In this document: positions 1-13,632 of the stretch, one piece after another
Layout of the letters: every line of letters begins with the position of its first letter
How positions within the stretch are numbered: the first letter of the stretch is position 1
Assembly (NCBI GenBank): GCA_016748015.1
Contig: JAAOMT010000723.1
Span: forward strand, 124,001-188,000
From: Geosiphon pyriformis uo1
Lineage: Eukaryota; Fungi; Glomeromycota
DNA length: 64,000 bases
Direction: 5' to 3'
The notes under the pieces: generated by a model
What the model was told of the DNA's origin: nothing
Seen by the model: only the letters and a program-made list of their open reading frames with translations
Database searches by the model: none
Position numbers and translations under genes: made by a program

Positions 1-152
1 TGCTAAAAACAATTTAACTGATGGGTCCAAAGAAATAATTACAAAGAACTAACTCGTCATTCGAATTCTAATCTGTTTTAAACTATTTTATAATTAAATA
101 TCAATAAAAACAATTAATTTTTTGAATAAATTTAAATTGCTTACTGATTTGA

Positions 153-2534
153 TCAATTTGAATAACTAACTGATGTTAACCACATCTGAAAAAGAGCATT
201 TAAATCAATAAAGTTTTTTAAATATTCAATAACAATAATAAAAGGCTTACCCTCAGAACATATAAGCTTTGAAATTAATCCACTTTTATATCTTGAAATA
301 TCATAGTTAGAGTTATGTGTCTCTTCGCAATTAAATCTTTTTTCACAAACGCGTCCATCTAAGTTACAGTTGTCACGAGCAGCAATAACTTTTTGTTGGC
401 AATTCGGATTATCTCCCCTATTTTTTTCTATCATTTCCTGAATACATTGATATGTATGCTTTTGAATTATAGGGCATTTTCCACCAATCACCTCAAATCG
501 CACACCACTACGCTTCTTAATATCTTTCCAAGGTCTTTCTCCTGAAATAATTTCCCAGATAATTATGGCAAAATTGTAAACATCGTTATATTTGGTATGA
601 GATGTCAAGTTACAAACTTCGGGCGCTAGGTATGGAATAACACCAAACCTTTCGCCAGATTGTGGAGAGTAATTGGCAGAACGACAGAAGACAAGATCGA
701 AAAATGACAACCTTTAAGGAGTTTGATTTCAAAACAAAAATATTTCCAGGATGCAAGTCCCCATGAACCAGCTTTGATTCATTTATAAATCTTAGGCCAC
801 TGGCGATTTGAAAAAGAATAATAAGAAACATTTCCCAAGTTAGAGTGTTTTCGTTCTTCTTGAGAAAAGCTTTGAGGTCCCCGTGTTCCGCAAATGGTAA
901 AATCATAACGAACTCATCGGTTGTAACGTCTATTTTTCATTCATAGCATTCAAGAATATATCTGCAAGGGGCGCTTCTAAGATGCGCAATAAACTATTCA
1001 AAATTTGGTTTTTAGCGTTAGAAAAGAAATAGGGATAATAAAAATATTTAATAACTTCCTTCAAAGGAAATACCTCATATGTGTGAATCTTTTCTATCTT
1101 TTTGCTTTTTTGAGATGTTTCAAAGCAACTTTCATAACTCCATTTCGCTCATAATTTTGATTTTCCTTATTCCAAAATAGAATTCTTCCTCTTTCCCATA
1201 TACCTTCTTTAACAACAGTAAATCCTCCCTCTCCCACCATCTTATCTAAAAATATGATCTCATTTGGAGAAAACCATTCCAGGTATCCCCTGCAGCTTTC
1301 AGAAATTTGCTGTGTGTATCCTATATACTGATCAATATTGTCATTTCCACTAGTCCATCTTTGCCAATTCTTTAAAGATCGTGATGATTCACAAAATTTG
1401 GATCCTTTATTGTGAGATGGTATTCTGAACGTTGCGGCAAGCCGGGCTTAAATATGTTATTATCGGTATCACAAAATGGACATATAAGGACCCTATTAAT
1501 AAATGTATCCAAATTTTCACATTTAAGACATTTGAATTCATCTGAAAGCTGGTCAAAAAACGCTTCAAAATTTAAAAATTCTCTATTTTAATTATTCGGT
1601 CATTTTAAACCTCAATTTTGAAATTCCAAAATGAAACGTTCCAGGTCATCTTAATCCTCATCCTCAAAAGTGAGTCCACAAGCTTTTTAATCAGAAAGAT
1701 TAATTTGATAACTGAGGCTATTTGTCTCTGCTGCTTTTAAATGGAGCTCAAATGCTTTTTCCAAGTTTTTCTTTGTTCCCCATCCATTTTGATAGCACCA
1801 TCCAAGATTATATAGTGCATTTATACTTCCTTGTTCTACCACTTTTGAATAAAGTTCAAATGCTTTTTCCAAATTTTTCGCAGCTCCCCATTCATTTCGA
1901 TGACACGTTTCAAGATTGTTTTGTGGACTTGAATTTTCCACTTCGAGATTTTTTGTTGTTCCCGATCCACTATGAAAATGAAGTCTAAGTTTATGTTGTG
2001 TAACTAAATCTCCAACCTCTGCTGCTTTTGAATAGAGTTCAAATGCTTTTTCTGAATTTTTTGTCGTTCCTTTTCCAGTAGCATAACAAACTGCAAGACT
2101 GTTTTGTGTATCTGTATCTTCCGCCTCTGCTGCTTTTGAATAGAGCTCGTATGCTTTTCTTTGATCTTGTAAATTACCAGTCCCATTATCATAACAACGT
2201 CCTAAGAAGAATTGCCCAAGAGAATCTTTTGCATTCGCTGCTTTCTGAAATTGTAGAAATGCTTTTGTTAAATTAGAAATAGTTCTAATCCCATGTTTTA
2301 AAGAAAACCCGAGTAAAGTATTATCTATCGGACGCTTTGGATTTTTTTTATTCAAGCATCGAACAAATTTTCAGGTGTTTTCTGATTACGCACAAGATAT
2401 TTGTTCACTAATTTAGCAACTTTTGAATAATCACTTACTGGAAAAATGGCCAAATTGTTTTTTATGACAATCAATGTTCCTTCAAGCCAGCCGAGGGGTG
2501 AAGTTGTGTTTTCAATTGATGAAGTTGAAGACAT
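153..2534 (-). pseudogene. Sel1-like-repeat (N-terminal) + tyrosine-kinase-like protein kinase (C-terminal), disrupted
   Basis: Sel1 repeats (GQFFLGRCYDNGTG, QNSLAVCYATGKGTTKNSEKAFELYSKAAE, LYNLGWCYQNGWGTKKNLEKAF) in ORF 1687-2355. Kinase motifs: WTSGNDNID/YLEWF and GEGGF near 1200-1360, VHGDLHPGNI in 610-906, GVIPYLAPE and IIWEIISGERPW in 153-710. Frameshifts near 2355 and 705, stops between the domains, and DLG decayed to DLV. Confidence 0.85.
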
Positions 2535-4251
2535 AATTTTCAAGCAACACAAATAGATTATTAAACCTTGAATAGTTTAAAGAATTGGCTTTATAGGCTA
2601 AAACCAAATAACTAATACTTTAACATTTATAATAGTATTAATAATTAAAAGTTTTTACTAAATTTACTTTTTTTGAATAGCAAATTTAATAGTTATAATA
2701 TTAAGAGCTTTTAAGTCCTAAAAATTACAATTGCATATTTTTAACAACAATAAAAATCAAATAACTAACAAAAACAGGTTTAATTATGAATTTAGTTAAT
2801 TAAATTATTACAAACCAAATGATTTAAATTTAATAAGAACAATTTTATTAAATATTTTAAAAGCATTTTTAATATTATCAGAAAATATGCAATAACAGTA
2901 AATAAAAAACTAAATTTGAGCCAGAGCAAATTTGGTTAGTTTAAATATAAAAAAAGTAATTAGCAATTTAATATTAATAGTAACATTCAAAGATTTTTAA
3001 AAATGCAAATTTTATACAAAACAATTTTATATTGTTTTTAATAACCAAAAAATTATACAACATTTTTAAAAAACACCAAACATTAGAATAAAAGCTAATT
3101 ACTCAAAAATTTTTAATAACTGATAATAATTTTTTAATTATTAGATTAATATTATAAAGTACAATAATCCTAAAAAAAAATTGTTTTAGTCTTTATATTT
3201 TTAGCAACTTTTTAAAGTGAATAAAATTATATATTGTTTTAAACATAATTGGTTTTGTTTCCATAATAAATAATAATAAATCAAAAATAATTATCTTAAG
3301 CAATATAATTTTATGTAGATTTGTATTTACTATTATTGTTTAAATTAGAAAAGTACTGTTTTTTACAGCTAAATTAAAACTAATTTTATAATTAAAGTTA
3401 ATAAAACAGAAAAGTAAAATTGGATAAAAAAATTTGGCTAAAAAAATAGTAGTAAGATTATTAAAGTTTTCAAAAAGCAAAAAATTAGTTTTTGCTGATA
3501 AAAAGAGTTTTTAAGTGTTTTTACTGCTGAAAAACCTTTCTTAATTTTTGTTTTCTTAGTTATATTACTAAAAATAGTGGTTGCTTTTTTTGTTTTAGTT
3601 GTTAACAAAATCAAAGACAAAAAAGTTTTTTATTATTTTAAATTGATTGTTAATACATATACAATATACAAAATAATATAAATTATAAAATGTGTTAAAT
3701 ATTAAACGTGAAAAATAAATTAATCAAAGCTTTGAGCATTTATATTGTCAAATTCTTGTATAATAATACAAATATTTAAAATGGCTTGAAAATTTATTTT
3801 TAGAGCACATTTATTTTTAAAAAATTTATTTTATGAACAAATAAAAATTTATTTAATAATATATAATTTTTTTAATTTTTTGTTTTGGCTAGTTCATTTT
3901 TAATAAGTATAGATGTATTTATACAAGTTTTTTATTGTTATTATTTCTAAATTTAAACGATATTATTTTACATTTTTATTGTATCATATTAGGTTTTTTC
4001 TAAAATTTTAATATTAATAATCATTTAAAAAAGCCTAGCAAAATTTGTTATAAAATTTTCATCAAGTTTTATTATTTCAAGAATATCATTTAAATTTAAA
4101 TTTAAATTTTTACTTTAAAATGAAAATCAGAGCGGTCATTTCAACAAAATAATCTCTATTCAAGCAGATTAACTGAAATATATTCAATATTTTTTTATAA
4201 GTGTATAATTCCAACATGAATTGTTTCGAAAATTTACCAATTACCTCAAAT

Positions 4252-5141
4252 CTACGTCTCGGATGTCATTTTTTTCAAATCTAAATTCCTCCACTGTTCA
4301 ATATCAAAATCTGGAAAAAAAAACTCTATTTCCCGTTTTGCTGTCTCATCTGAATCTTTTTTTGAACAAAGAATAGATTTCAAGTTTTTTTGCAAGGAAT
4401 TTATGACAAGAACAAAAGTGTCGTGATTATGGTATCATTCCAAATCAGACATTCGAGTCAAGTACCCCCATAATTAGAAATAAGAAATGAGAGTTCAAAC
4501 TTATGGTTGTGTTTATTTAGAAAAGAGTGTCAAAAAAAATAGCAAAATAAAACGATGAATTTCTACCTGACCCATGAAATGAATTTCGTGTATCAGTTAA
4601 TCCATAAATAGATCGCAGAGTATTTGGAGCATGTATTTTAGCTCTAGTTAATAGAAAACTACATTTCGATTACTTTATCAATAAAAAAAAACTCAAAAAA
4701 ACACCATAACTCTAACCTAACTGGATGGGTGGGTCCAATTAATGCTCGCCACTCTTTGATTGCATTTTGATGAGCAAGCACAAGAGCAATGAATGATCCA
4801 CTAAAGAAAATTTCCAATATCACAATAAATAAATTAATAAGTATCGTTGTTGGTTTCTTTTTTCACAAATTCAAAGATGCTTTCGTGTTTCCTAATTACT
4901 ACCTTGTCATATAACCACATAAGCGATCAAAAAAAAATCGACCTCTATGCTCGTTATAAAATTCTTCAGCATGTTTACGACGCCATAATAATTCTCGTCT
5001 TTTGACAATTTCCAATTTTGATTGGGTGATTGTATTAAGAACCATTGGGATCCAAATCGGGTTTGCGCAAAGATCAGGTTTTAAAAGAGCTAGAGTTAGT
5101 TGTCGAGGAATCCTACGGGGTATAGATAGCGATTGATTCAT
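4252..5141 (-). CDS. NME6: Nucleoside diphosphate kinase 6-like (group II NDK), 4 exons
   Basis: Exon 1 (5141-4903) has LTLALLKPD...AEEFYNEHRGRFFFDRLCGYMT. Later spliced exons give SGSFIALVLAHQNAIKEWRALIGPTHPVR, AKIHAPNTLRSIYGLTDTRNSFHGS and DSDETAKREIEFFFPDFD. The catalytic HGSD motif is intact and all introns are GT-AG. Confidence 0.9.
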
Positions 5142-6897
5142 TTGTGGGCTTTAGTATGATACCTTCAGAAAGTTATCAAGAGGTTTGGTAAATAAAGGAT
5201 TATCGCCAAATTTATCGTCTAATTTATTGTAATAGTAACATATTGGTCACATGCAGCATTGTCCCTCAATTAGCTAATAAAGAATAATGCTACAAATCAC
5301 TTGGTATTATTATCTAATATATTAAAACCTAGCTATTTTTAGTTATTCAATGATATGAAACTATTGTTTAAACCTTCATTTAATTTCTTCAAATTTTTAG
5401 TTTCACCAGAATTCTATCATGAAAACTATATGAATTGAACTGAAATAAAAACCAAGATTTTTTTCTCATAAATCTGAATCCAGTAATTAAACTTTGAAAA
5501 TAAGGTTAAATTCCAATATTCAACAATAAAGTTTTAAATAATCATTATGGAAAAATGAAAATTTTCTGATAATAAAATCATAAATTAAATTTATATGCGA
5601 GAAAAAATAAGCAAAATAGGAAATTGTGAAAAAAACTTAACCATCTTGTACATAAAATAATTATCCCATAAGTGATGTTATTTCTTCTTGCTTTCTTAGC
5701 TTTATTTGTTTCTTTTTGTTAATCTCAATCATTCCCAAATAAATTGTGTCATCTATACTAACAAAAACTTATATATAGGTGCCAATTATTCTCCTTATTT
5801 TACTTCACAATTCTGGGCTGCATATATAAAAAATCTGTCCAATTTTCTTCAACAATAAATAAAAGAAAATCAGATCAAATATACTAAAATATAATAAATT
5901 TGTAAATCTTGAAAAAATCTCAAATAATAATACTTAAAAATTTAAAACTATATTAAAAATTTGTAATAATGGATTTCTAAAAAATAAACTATTTTCTATT
6001 TTAATTGTAAATTAAATATTAAGTATTTTGTGATATTATTTTACTTAATTGCAACATGTGATAAATAAATATTATGGAATTTAAATTCTCCTACAGAGAT
6101 CAATTTAGACGAGAGTTGAATATTTGTATCAAGCCTCAACGGAAGATATTTTAATTTTTCAAATATTAATATAACGTAATATTTAGATGAAATTAAAAAA
6201 ATTTTAAAAGATAATTCAAATATTTTGTGATTATGAGGATGAATTATTAGAAATAGGTTTATTGATGTATTTTAATGTTTAAGACCTTTTAGGGAAGAAT
6301 TGTTCTAAAGAATAAAGAAAGGGGTGAACAAAATATTTATTTAAAAATCCCATATGAAATAATAATCTTAAAAAGGGCCATCGGCATTCCTTTACCATAT
6401 CAATTTTTAATGGTTGGGGTATGTGAAATAGGGATATTAATTAATAAATTCGAAAGTTTACTTTGATAGGAAAATATTTTCATTTGTTGTTTTCTTTCAT
6501 TTATGAATAGAATGATTTTTTAGCAAAAATATTTCTGTGTACAGAAAGTGTTTTTTTATGAGCTGAAGCCAGGAAAAAGATTCTGATGATACCATTAAAA
6601 CACTAGAATGATCCTTCTCATTAATTTGATCTGATTCTTCTGAGTGAATAATTCCTATTAAAAAATTCAAAACTATAACCCTAGTTTTTCGAGGCAAAAA
6701 ATTGGGATTTCCACGGTTCATTTTATTTGGGAAAACTCTTCGAAAGCCGCTTCGATATAGTGAATCAATGTAACCTTGAAGATTTTGGTAGTGCTTCAAA
6801 AAATAAATCCATCTTTTGATTTTTCAAAATGATGCTTATTTGGAAGGCTTCATGATATTGAATTAGCAAAATGTCCCACATTCTTGATCAAATAAAA

Positions 6898-8376
6898 TCA
6901 CCACTTTGGGCTTGATAAATGTGAAAACAGCTCTGTCACAATTTCCACATATACAGGGTGTTCAGCCGGATTCGAAATGATTCCTTTGAAATTCTCACTT
7001 TCCCTAACTTTTTCAAAATTTTTTAACACAAATCCCATCAAATATTCTTTTAATTCAGGGTACGCAGCAGCAGGACCAAACAAATAAGTAGCAGCAGTTG
7101 CGATATTAATTCTTTGAAAAAGTGCTAGCTTAGCACGTCGTTTTAAATCTTCCACTTGGTAATGTACTGCGATTTCGTACATTGAAAGTGGGGAGGTTGG
7201 AGTCGTGGTTCCTCTTTTTGAAAATTCCACTTTATTTGTGTAAAAAAATCGAAGCATTTCTTTAAATGTGGAGTTTAGAAAATCGGGAACATCGATTGGT
7301 GATTCGAGGGCCCAAGATTTTGTAGGTGTCGTTGATTGATCAGTGTTTAAAGTTGATGGTCCAGGTGTCTCGGGTAATGTAGAAATGAAGTCAGATTTCT
7401 CTGTTTTTGCTTTTCCCAAAATGTCCTCTCCGTTGAACAATTTTCTGAAATATTCAGACCTAACAGATAAGATTTTTGAACTTGCTCGAATAATCTTTCC
7501 TTGTACTGAGAATTGAACATCGCCATGAGATGGGTCATCTAAATGAGCAATCCATGCTTCGTGCAAATCTTGAGGAATAGAATCTTTTGTGACATTTGTG
7601 ACCAAGGGCATGATGTCGTTCATCGGTTTATCGAATTCGACTCCGACTAGAACTTGTTTTGTTCGCAATTCCGATTTTTCACACATATTAAGACCTGTGA
7701 AAGGAAGATAATAAAAAATAAATTTTTTAGTAGTCAGGATTTTTCAATTAAGAAAGTAAATCTCAGATATTTGCTGCATATAGTGATTTCGAAAATCTTG
7801 AATAAAAAAATAAGACCAAAGCTCTGTTTTCAACTCACCCCACGTAGTAGAGCTTGCATCTAATTTGAGATCACCAAAATCTTTCTTCACAATAAATTTA
7901 TTCGTGATAGGATTTCGAAGAAACAATTTGGCTGTATACTTTTTACGCTGGTCCCATGCTGAAGGATCGAAAGTTTCCAACTCATTTGGAACCGCACTCA
8001 GATATATTGCGAGAGAATTTGGTTCGATCTAATAGATTTTGAGTAAGGGTTTTAATTTAAAAAAGGATAATTAAAGTTAAGAAATCTTTTATTTTCGATT
8101 TAAGAATTATTATTGCAAATAAGAAAATTGAATTTTTTTCACGATAATCCGTCCCTCCATTTTACTAATAAATTTCAGATGTCAAAATTTTAAAAAACTC
8201 AAATACTTAAAGATACAAACCCTTCCAAACTGTAACTGCCAAAACATGTCATGTGACGTGGCAAAAATAGGGCTATATTCGGGTGGCATGTCATCCGAAA
8301 TATTTTGTACCAGGTACTGAAACATTACTTTTGGGGTAAAATTCGATGGAATTCCTTGTGACAAGGAAGTCGACAT
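6898..8376 (-). CDS. MATH-like + BTB/POZ domain protein (putative Cullin-3 adaptor), 3 exons
   Basis: Exons at about 8376-8221, 8028-7839 and 7694-6898 join in frame (FWQLQFGR|IEPNSLAIYLSAV...TTW|GLNMCEK). BTB motifs: GDVQFSVQGKIIRASSKILSVRSEYFRKLF and FKEMLRFFYTNKV. The MATH call rests only on the beta-strand pattern. Confidence 0.8.
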
Positions 8377-8475
8377 ATTTCCAAAAGCGTCTGAGAGAGA
8401 AACAGAAATATGCGCAAAATGAACTTTTTCAAAACTTTTTGCTCAAATAAAAGGAGATTAGAGTTATTTCAATAT

Positions 8476-8516
8476 TGGTGGTGGTGGTGGTGGTGGTGGT
8501 GATGGTGGTGATGGTG
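8476..8516. repeat. (GGT)n/(GAT) microsatellite upstream of the BTB gene
   Basis: Read directly from the sequence. Confidence 0.9.
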
Positions 8517-11500
8517 CAAGTAATAAATGCCTAGAATGTTTCGATTAATTAAAATGAAATGAAAAAATCTTTGAACCATATTCCCATTCAACAGGAAAAG
8601 CTTGACCCGTTAATCACTCGCCGTCTGAGTTGGATCGCTGGCGAAATGTTTGACTAAGGGGAAAACCGGGTTTGTCTTTGTACAGATTGTGCATGTCGGG
8701 ATAAAGTTTGATCACCAGTGCAGCTGGTCAAAACCAGTTATGCATCCAGAACTATTGTTGGCTTCATTCCTTTATAATACTAATAATAATATTGATTAGT
8801 GCAAACAAGAGACAATGAACCTCAGAGAAGATCCTGTTGTAACCTTTGGTGAGAGGTCAGAGTTAAAGTTCAATGAGACATTTAAAGGTGGGAATTCGAG
8901 AAAATGAATGCGCCTGGTTTAAATTAATTTCGATACAACATATTCGGATATATTTAAAATTGACCATTTCATGAGAGGGAAATGGAATGGTTGAGTATCA
9001 GTGCAAATAGAGTTATCTTGAGGAATGTAACTATCGTGAGATTATGTATAAATAAGCAATTTATATATTAATATTTTCAACTTGAGACCATTCTTTTGAA
9101 AAATTATGCATGTGTTGATTAGTTTATCAAAAATATAATGAAACCAAATGATTAAGAATTCATGACTTTTTTATCTTTGAATATATGAAGCTTTTTTACA
9201 ATTCTAAAATAGAAAACTCATTGTTGTACTTGCAAAATCTTCTTTAAAAATTTAGGAAAAACTGTTGGGAGCTATGAGTTTGAAAAATACTCTGTCTATA
9301 ATATTAATATTTGGATAAATAAGCTTATTAGATTCAAAGACAAACTTAAAATTGATGGTCGTGATTGATGATTATTTATTTTCGATTCCAAGAAGGATCC
9401 TAAAATTGAGACAGAAATATAGAAATATTTAAATTAGTTTGATTATAATATTTGCTATTTGTAAAAGTTCAAAATTTTAGTAGCTTCACATGCTAAAAAG
9501 GATGAATCTTTTTTTGGGGAAAATATCGATTAAATTGGAGTGAACAAAGTAAATAAAGTTGAACTCTAATATTAATAACGATATTCAGGTACCAAGAAAG
9601 ATTACCTCTATGTCGTTATTTCTAGTAGAAAGCAAAAAAAAGGATCTCAAGCAACAAAAACAAATATTAAAAAAAATTCAAATGGATTTTATAAGAAGAT
9701 AGGGAAAACAATTTTTCTGCTGAAAACAGAATAAGTCAAAAACATTATTGCTACTTTTAATTTTTATTAGACATCAAAAATAAAAAACCAAATACATGTA
9801 ATAAAGACCTAAACTGGAAATAATAAATTGGCAAAGGTTTGTCCAAAAATGAAACACCAAAATCTAGATTTTTACAAGTTAATGAATTAAAGATATACTT
9901 GCCTACAATAAAAGGAAAAGGAATTAAGTGTCATTTTTACTGCTTTTTTTACTCTTGCATTCCAGCTTAAAAATATTTTGAAACTTTCTAAGATAACGAT
10001 AACAACGCCATATTATAATGAAATGTTTGCTTGTATCATCTTATCTCGATTTAGATTTGCCATTGTTTAAGGAGTCAAATATAACTTTAAATGACACTGG
10101 CAAAATTGGTACAGTAAATTTATTATGTAGGTAAAAAAAGAAATTATTTGTCCTCAAAGCTACTAAAAAAAAATCTTTCATTTCAATAATTGTATAGTAA
10201 ATCAGAGTAAAATCATATTTTTTTCACAATAATATATATTAATCAAAAAAAATTGTCAAAATTATTATTAAATTCATTTGACTGATAAACAATAAAAAAT
10301 GAAAATTTCAAAAATTATTTACCAAATAGCCATTTTTTTTAAGTTGAAAAAAAATGTTTACTTCAAAATAAAATATTATATAATTGATTGAACATTCAAA
10401 TTAAAATTGAACGTTTTACCCTCGAAATTTTTTACCATATTTAAAAATTAATGTTTGCTTAATCCTTAAATTATACCATACAATAGAAATATATTTCAAG
10501 TATAAAAAGCTTCAATATTTTCCATGATTCCAAAATTTTTCATAAATAAATTTTATATTGTTTTGTGAATATTGACATTCTAATTTAATAAAAAATTTAA
10601 AATTACTTTATATGAATTTTGGACTTAAAAGTATTTAAAAATTTTACAATATATCCTCAACTTTGTCTTTCTTTTTATTTTCGAATATCTTGCAAACAAA
10701 ATTATGATTATTTAGTTATCATATTAAGAATTTGATGTTTAAAAGAACACAGCTTAATACTAAATTCGCATAAAAATACTAATTTTTGTAACCCAAATTT
10801 ATCTTTGCTTAAGTTAATTTAATAACACTAATTTTACCAAAATGAAATTACCATTATTCAAAAAAATTGCCCATTTTGTGAAAAACCCTTAAGTTCTTAA
10901 AACCATTTGAATTGCTATTTTTTATGGTGAGCCAAAACTCTGAACCATTTCTTTAATCAGTTTTGTATTTAATTTTTTTTATTCTGTTTATTTAGAAAAA
11001 ATTCATAGAACTGCATGAAGGAGTTTCATACTTTAATAGGTTCTCACTAATATTAACTATTTTTGAAAGTTAAATATTTCATTTTACTTTTCTAAATACA
11101 TGTAATTGAGCCAACTTAAGAAAAACCAAGCCAAACGATTTGCTAACAATTTAAGAACTTTATTTATTAAAGAAATTTGGCTTAATTTTGTAACCATAAA
11201 TGAACCAAACCTTTTTTCTATAAATCAATACGGAAAATTATGAATTTCAAAATCAGTATGGAAAGTTCATTCAGGAAATATCGGTTTCATGATATCTTTT
11301 TACCAAATAAATGGATTTTTCATCTTTTAAAATATAGTTCAAACTTCCTAAGCTTAAACTATCAAAAGTAAAACTGTAGAATAAAAATTTTAAACCAATT
11401 CCAAAAATTATTGGATCATGCATGTATTTATTTTCGTTCAAACCAAAGTTTACCTTTATCATTGATGGTGATGCATACATGAACTTTTTTGTTCTTGAAT

Positions 11501-12039
11501 TTTTTGCGTATTTCATATGGATCTCCACAAGAAAATTAAAGACTTCCTAGCTCAAAATGAATCAAAATCCAAACTTTCAGTCCATTATGAGATTTTCAGA
11601 ATTAATCAACTGCCAGATGAAAACCTTGTGACTCAAGATCTCACATGATTTCTATTTGATCTCGAAAATTTTTGGTAATCTAGTGATAACCTGACCTCGA
11701 AAAATTGATTTCCTGCCCACACTTGAGTCATGAAATTTTGAGTTTAAAAGTTCCCAAATATCGGAAAAGGGAAAGTAATGGGCCATCGATTTGATTGACG
11801 AATATCTTGAAGGTATTTCTTCACTAAAAGCGAAAAAGAAGCAAGATTTAAAATTGGTTCTTTGTTTTGTAATGAAATTCTTTTTGGTCAACAAAATTTT
11901 TGCTGTACTCACTCTTTGGTATTCTAATTTTTTTGTCTAATGTAACATTTCATTCATGTTATCTTTTAATCATCTCTAATTTTTCTTTTCATTTTGTCCA
12001 AAAAATTGTGATTAATCCAAACATTCAGATTTAAGATTC

Positions 12040-13632
12040 TTATGTCTTAGCATCAAGTCGCTTTGTTACTTGGAATACTTCAAATTCAGCAATATTAAAT
12101 GCTGTGGGTGAAATCACTGATCTCTGGTAAGAAGCCCTTTTGGCTTTAAAGCCAAAAAGTGGTAAATCACCAGCACCGAAACCAACCGAATCCTCAAGGT
12201 TTCCAAGGCCATAATCACATATGGCGAATGAACTTTGCCTTTTGCTAACACGGGAAAGTATGGCATTACGAGTGTTCATCCCGTTGCCAAGTGAGAATAT
12301 GAAACTTCGCGTGGTGTTCCTGTAATAACCTGATGAACTCCAAGAAACCGGATTGAACCCACCTATAATTTCATCTGTGTCATTGATCTTTATGACTACT
12401 ACAGTAGCTCCATGCCGGTCACATTTTGCATGAAATTCTCTTACATCGAACCCATCTCTACTTCCGCGAAATAAAAGTCTAAAATCGTAATGACACGATC
12501 GATATGAATCTGGTTCCCCCTCTTTCCCATTTATCCAATGTGAAATCAAAGCTGCATGCTTTCGATTAATTATGACCGAATCAAGAATACTGCTCATTGA
12601 TGCGGCTTGAGCTGGAATAAGTTTACCTGGTGATGCTGCAGGCGAGACTGGAGCACTTGTTTGACTTTCTTGATGACGTCCTGTTAAATTTTTTCTTAAT
12701 TCATCCGGCAGAATTTCAATAAAAGGAATAATTTTGTGATAATCTGTGGATGAGATATCAAGGAATCTTATGTGTGGAATACATTGGCGCACAATCTTCT
12801 CGAGAGCTTTAAAATTTGGTCGTGACCATTGACTGGGATCGGTATTAAGATGTGGGAGTTGTGCTTTTCCCCATCTAATAACTTCATCCCAAACATCAAT
12901 CTCCTCCATTGCAAGGTCACTCCGTTGTAACAGGCTCACTAAGGAATTCTCGTCCAGACTCAAGAATTCCGGTGATTTAAAAAAACTTTGGGGATTTCCA
13001 GATATAGTTTGAACACAATATTCTCGCAACTTCGAAAAAGATTGAAATTGTGTGCATAATTGAAAAACTTCAACAAGCCTTCGCAATAGCCATTTATTAT
13101 CAGAAGTAATCACGTAGTCTTGTATGTGGTCGACAAGTGCAATCAAGTCAAGTTCGTCGGCAGCTATCAATAAAGAGATGTAATCATTTCGCTGGTAGAA
13201 GGTTATCGTTCCCGTGTAGAGATACCTAATATGTTTAAAAATTAAATGACGTAATCAAACATTTTTAGACTGTGTACGATAGGGATTTTTAGCACGAGGT
13301 ATAATCTGGTTTCCTTTTTGGGAAGAAACAATTTCGAGGAATCGATTTTCAAATTATTTTTAATTTACTTACTTTAAAATAATCCTGAAAACCTTTGGAT
13401 CAATATTTGGCTTTTTAAAGATTATCTTATCATCTTCTTGGGGATTCTGCCATTTTTTTGACAATGCCGCTCGGAAAAAAGATGACCTTGCCCTTAGTAT
13501 TACCGAATGTGCAAGAAATGTGTGCACATTAGGTTCCTCACCAACCGTTATCTTGACGTTATAATCGTCAGCCTCTTGATATAGTCGAGCAATATCTTGA
13601 TTCAACTGTTCGGCCAACGCATCAGCCCACAT
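12040..13632 (-). CDS. BTB/POZ-BACK-TLDc domain protein, 2 exons
   Basis: BTB: DDYNVKITVGEEPNVHTFLAHSVILRARSSFFRAAL...RIILK|YLYTG. BACK: MEEIDVWDEVIRWG. TLDc: FRLLFRGSRDGF...FHAKCD...IIGGFNPVSW...EFEVFQV. One phase-2 GT-AG intron. Confidence 0.93.

Noticed and set aside
6497-6799. 100-aa ORF downstream of the BTB gene; also 11271-11528, 11652-11912, 22923-23114, 47557-47802 and 51393-51587
   Set aside because: They are short, several have non-ATG starts, they lie in likely UTR or intergenic DNA, and I saw no domain or splice support.
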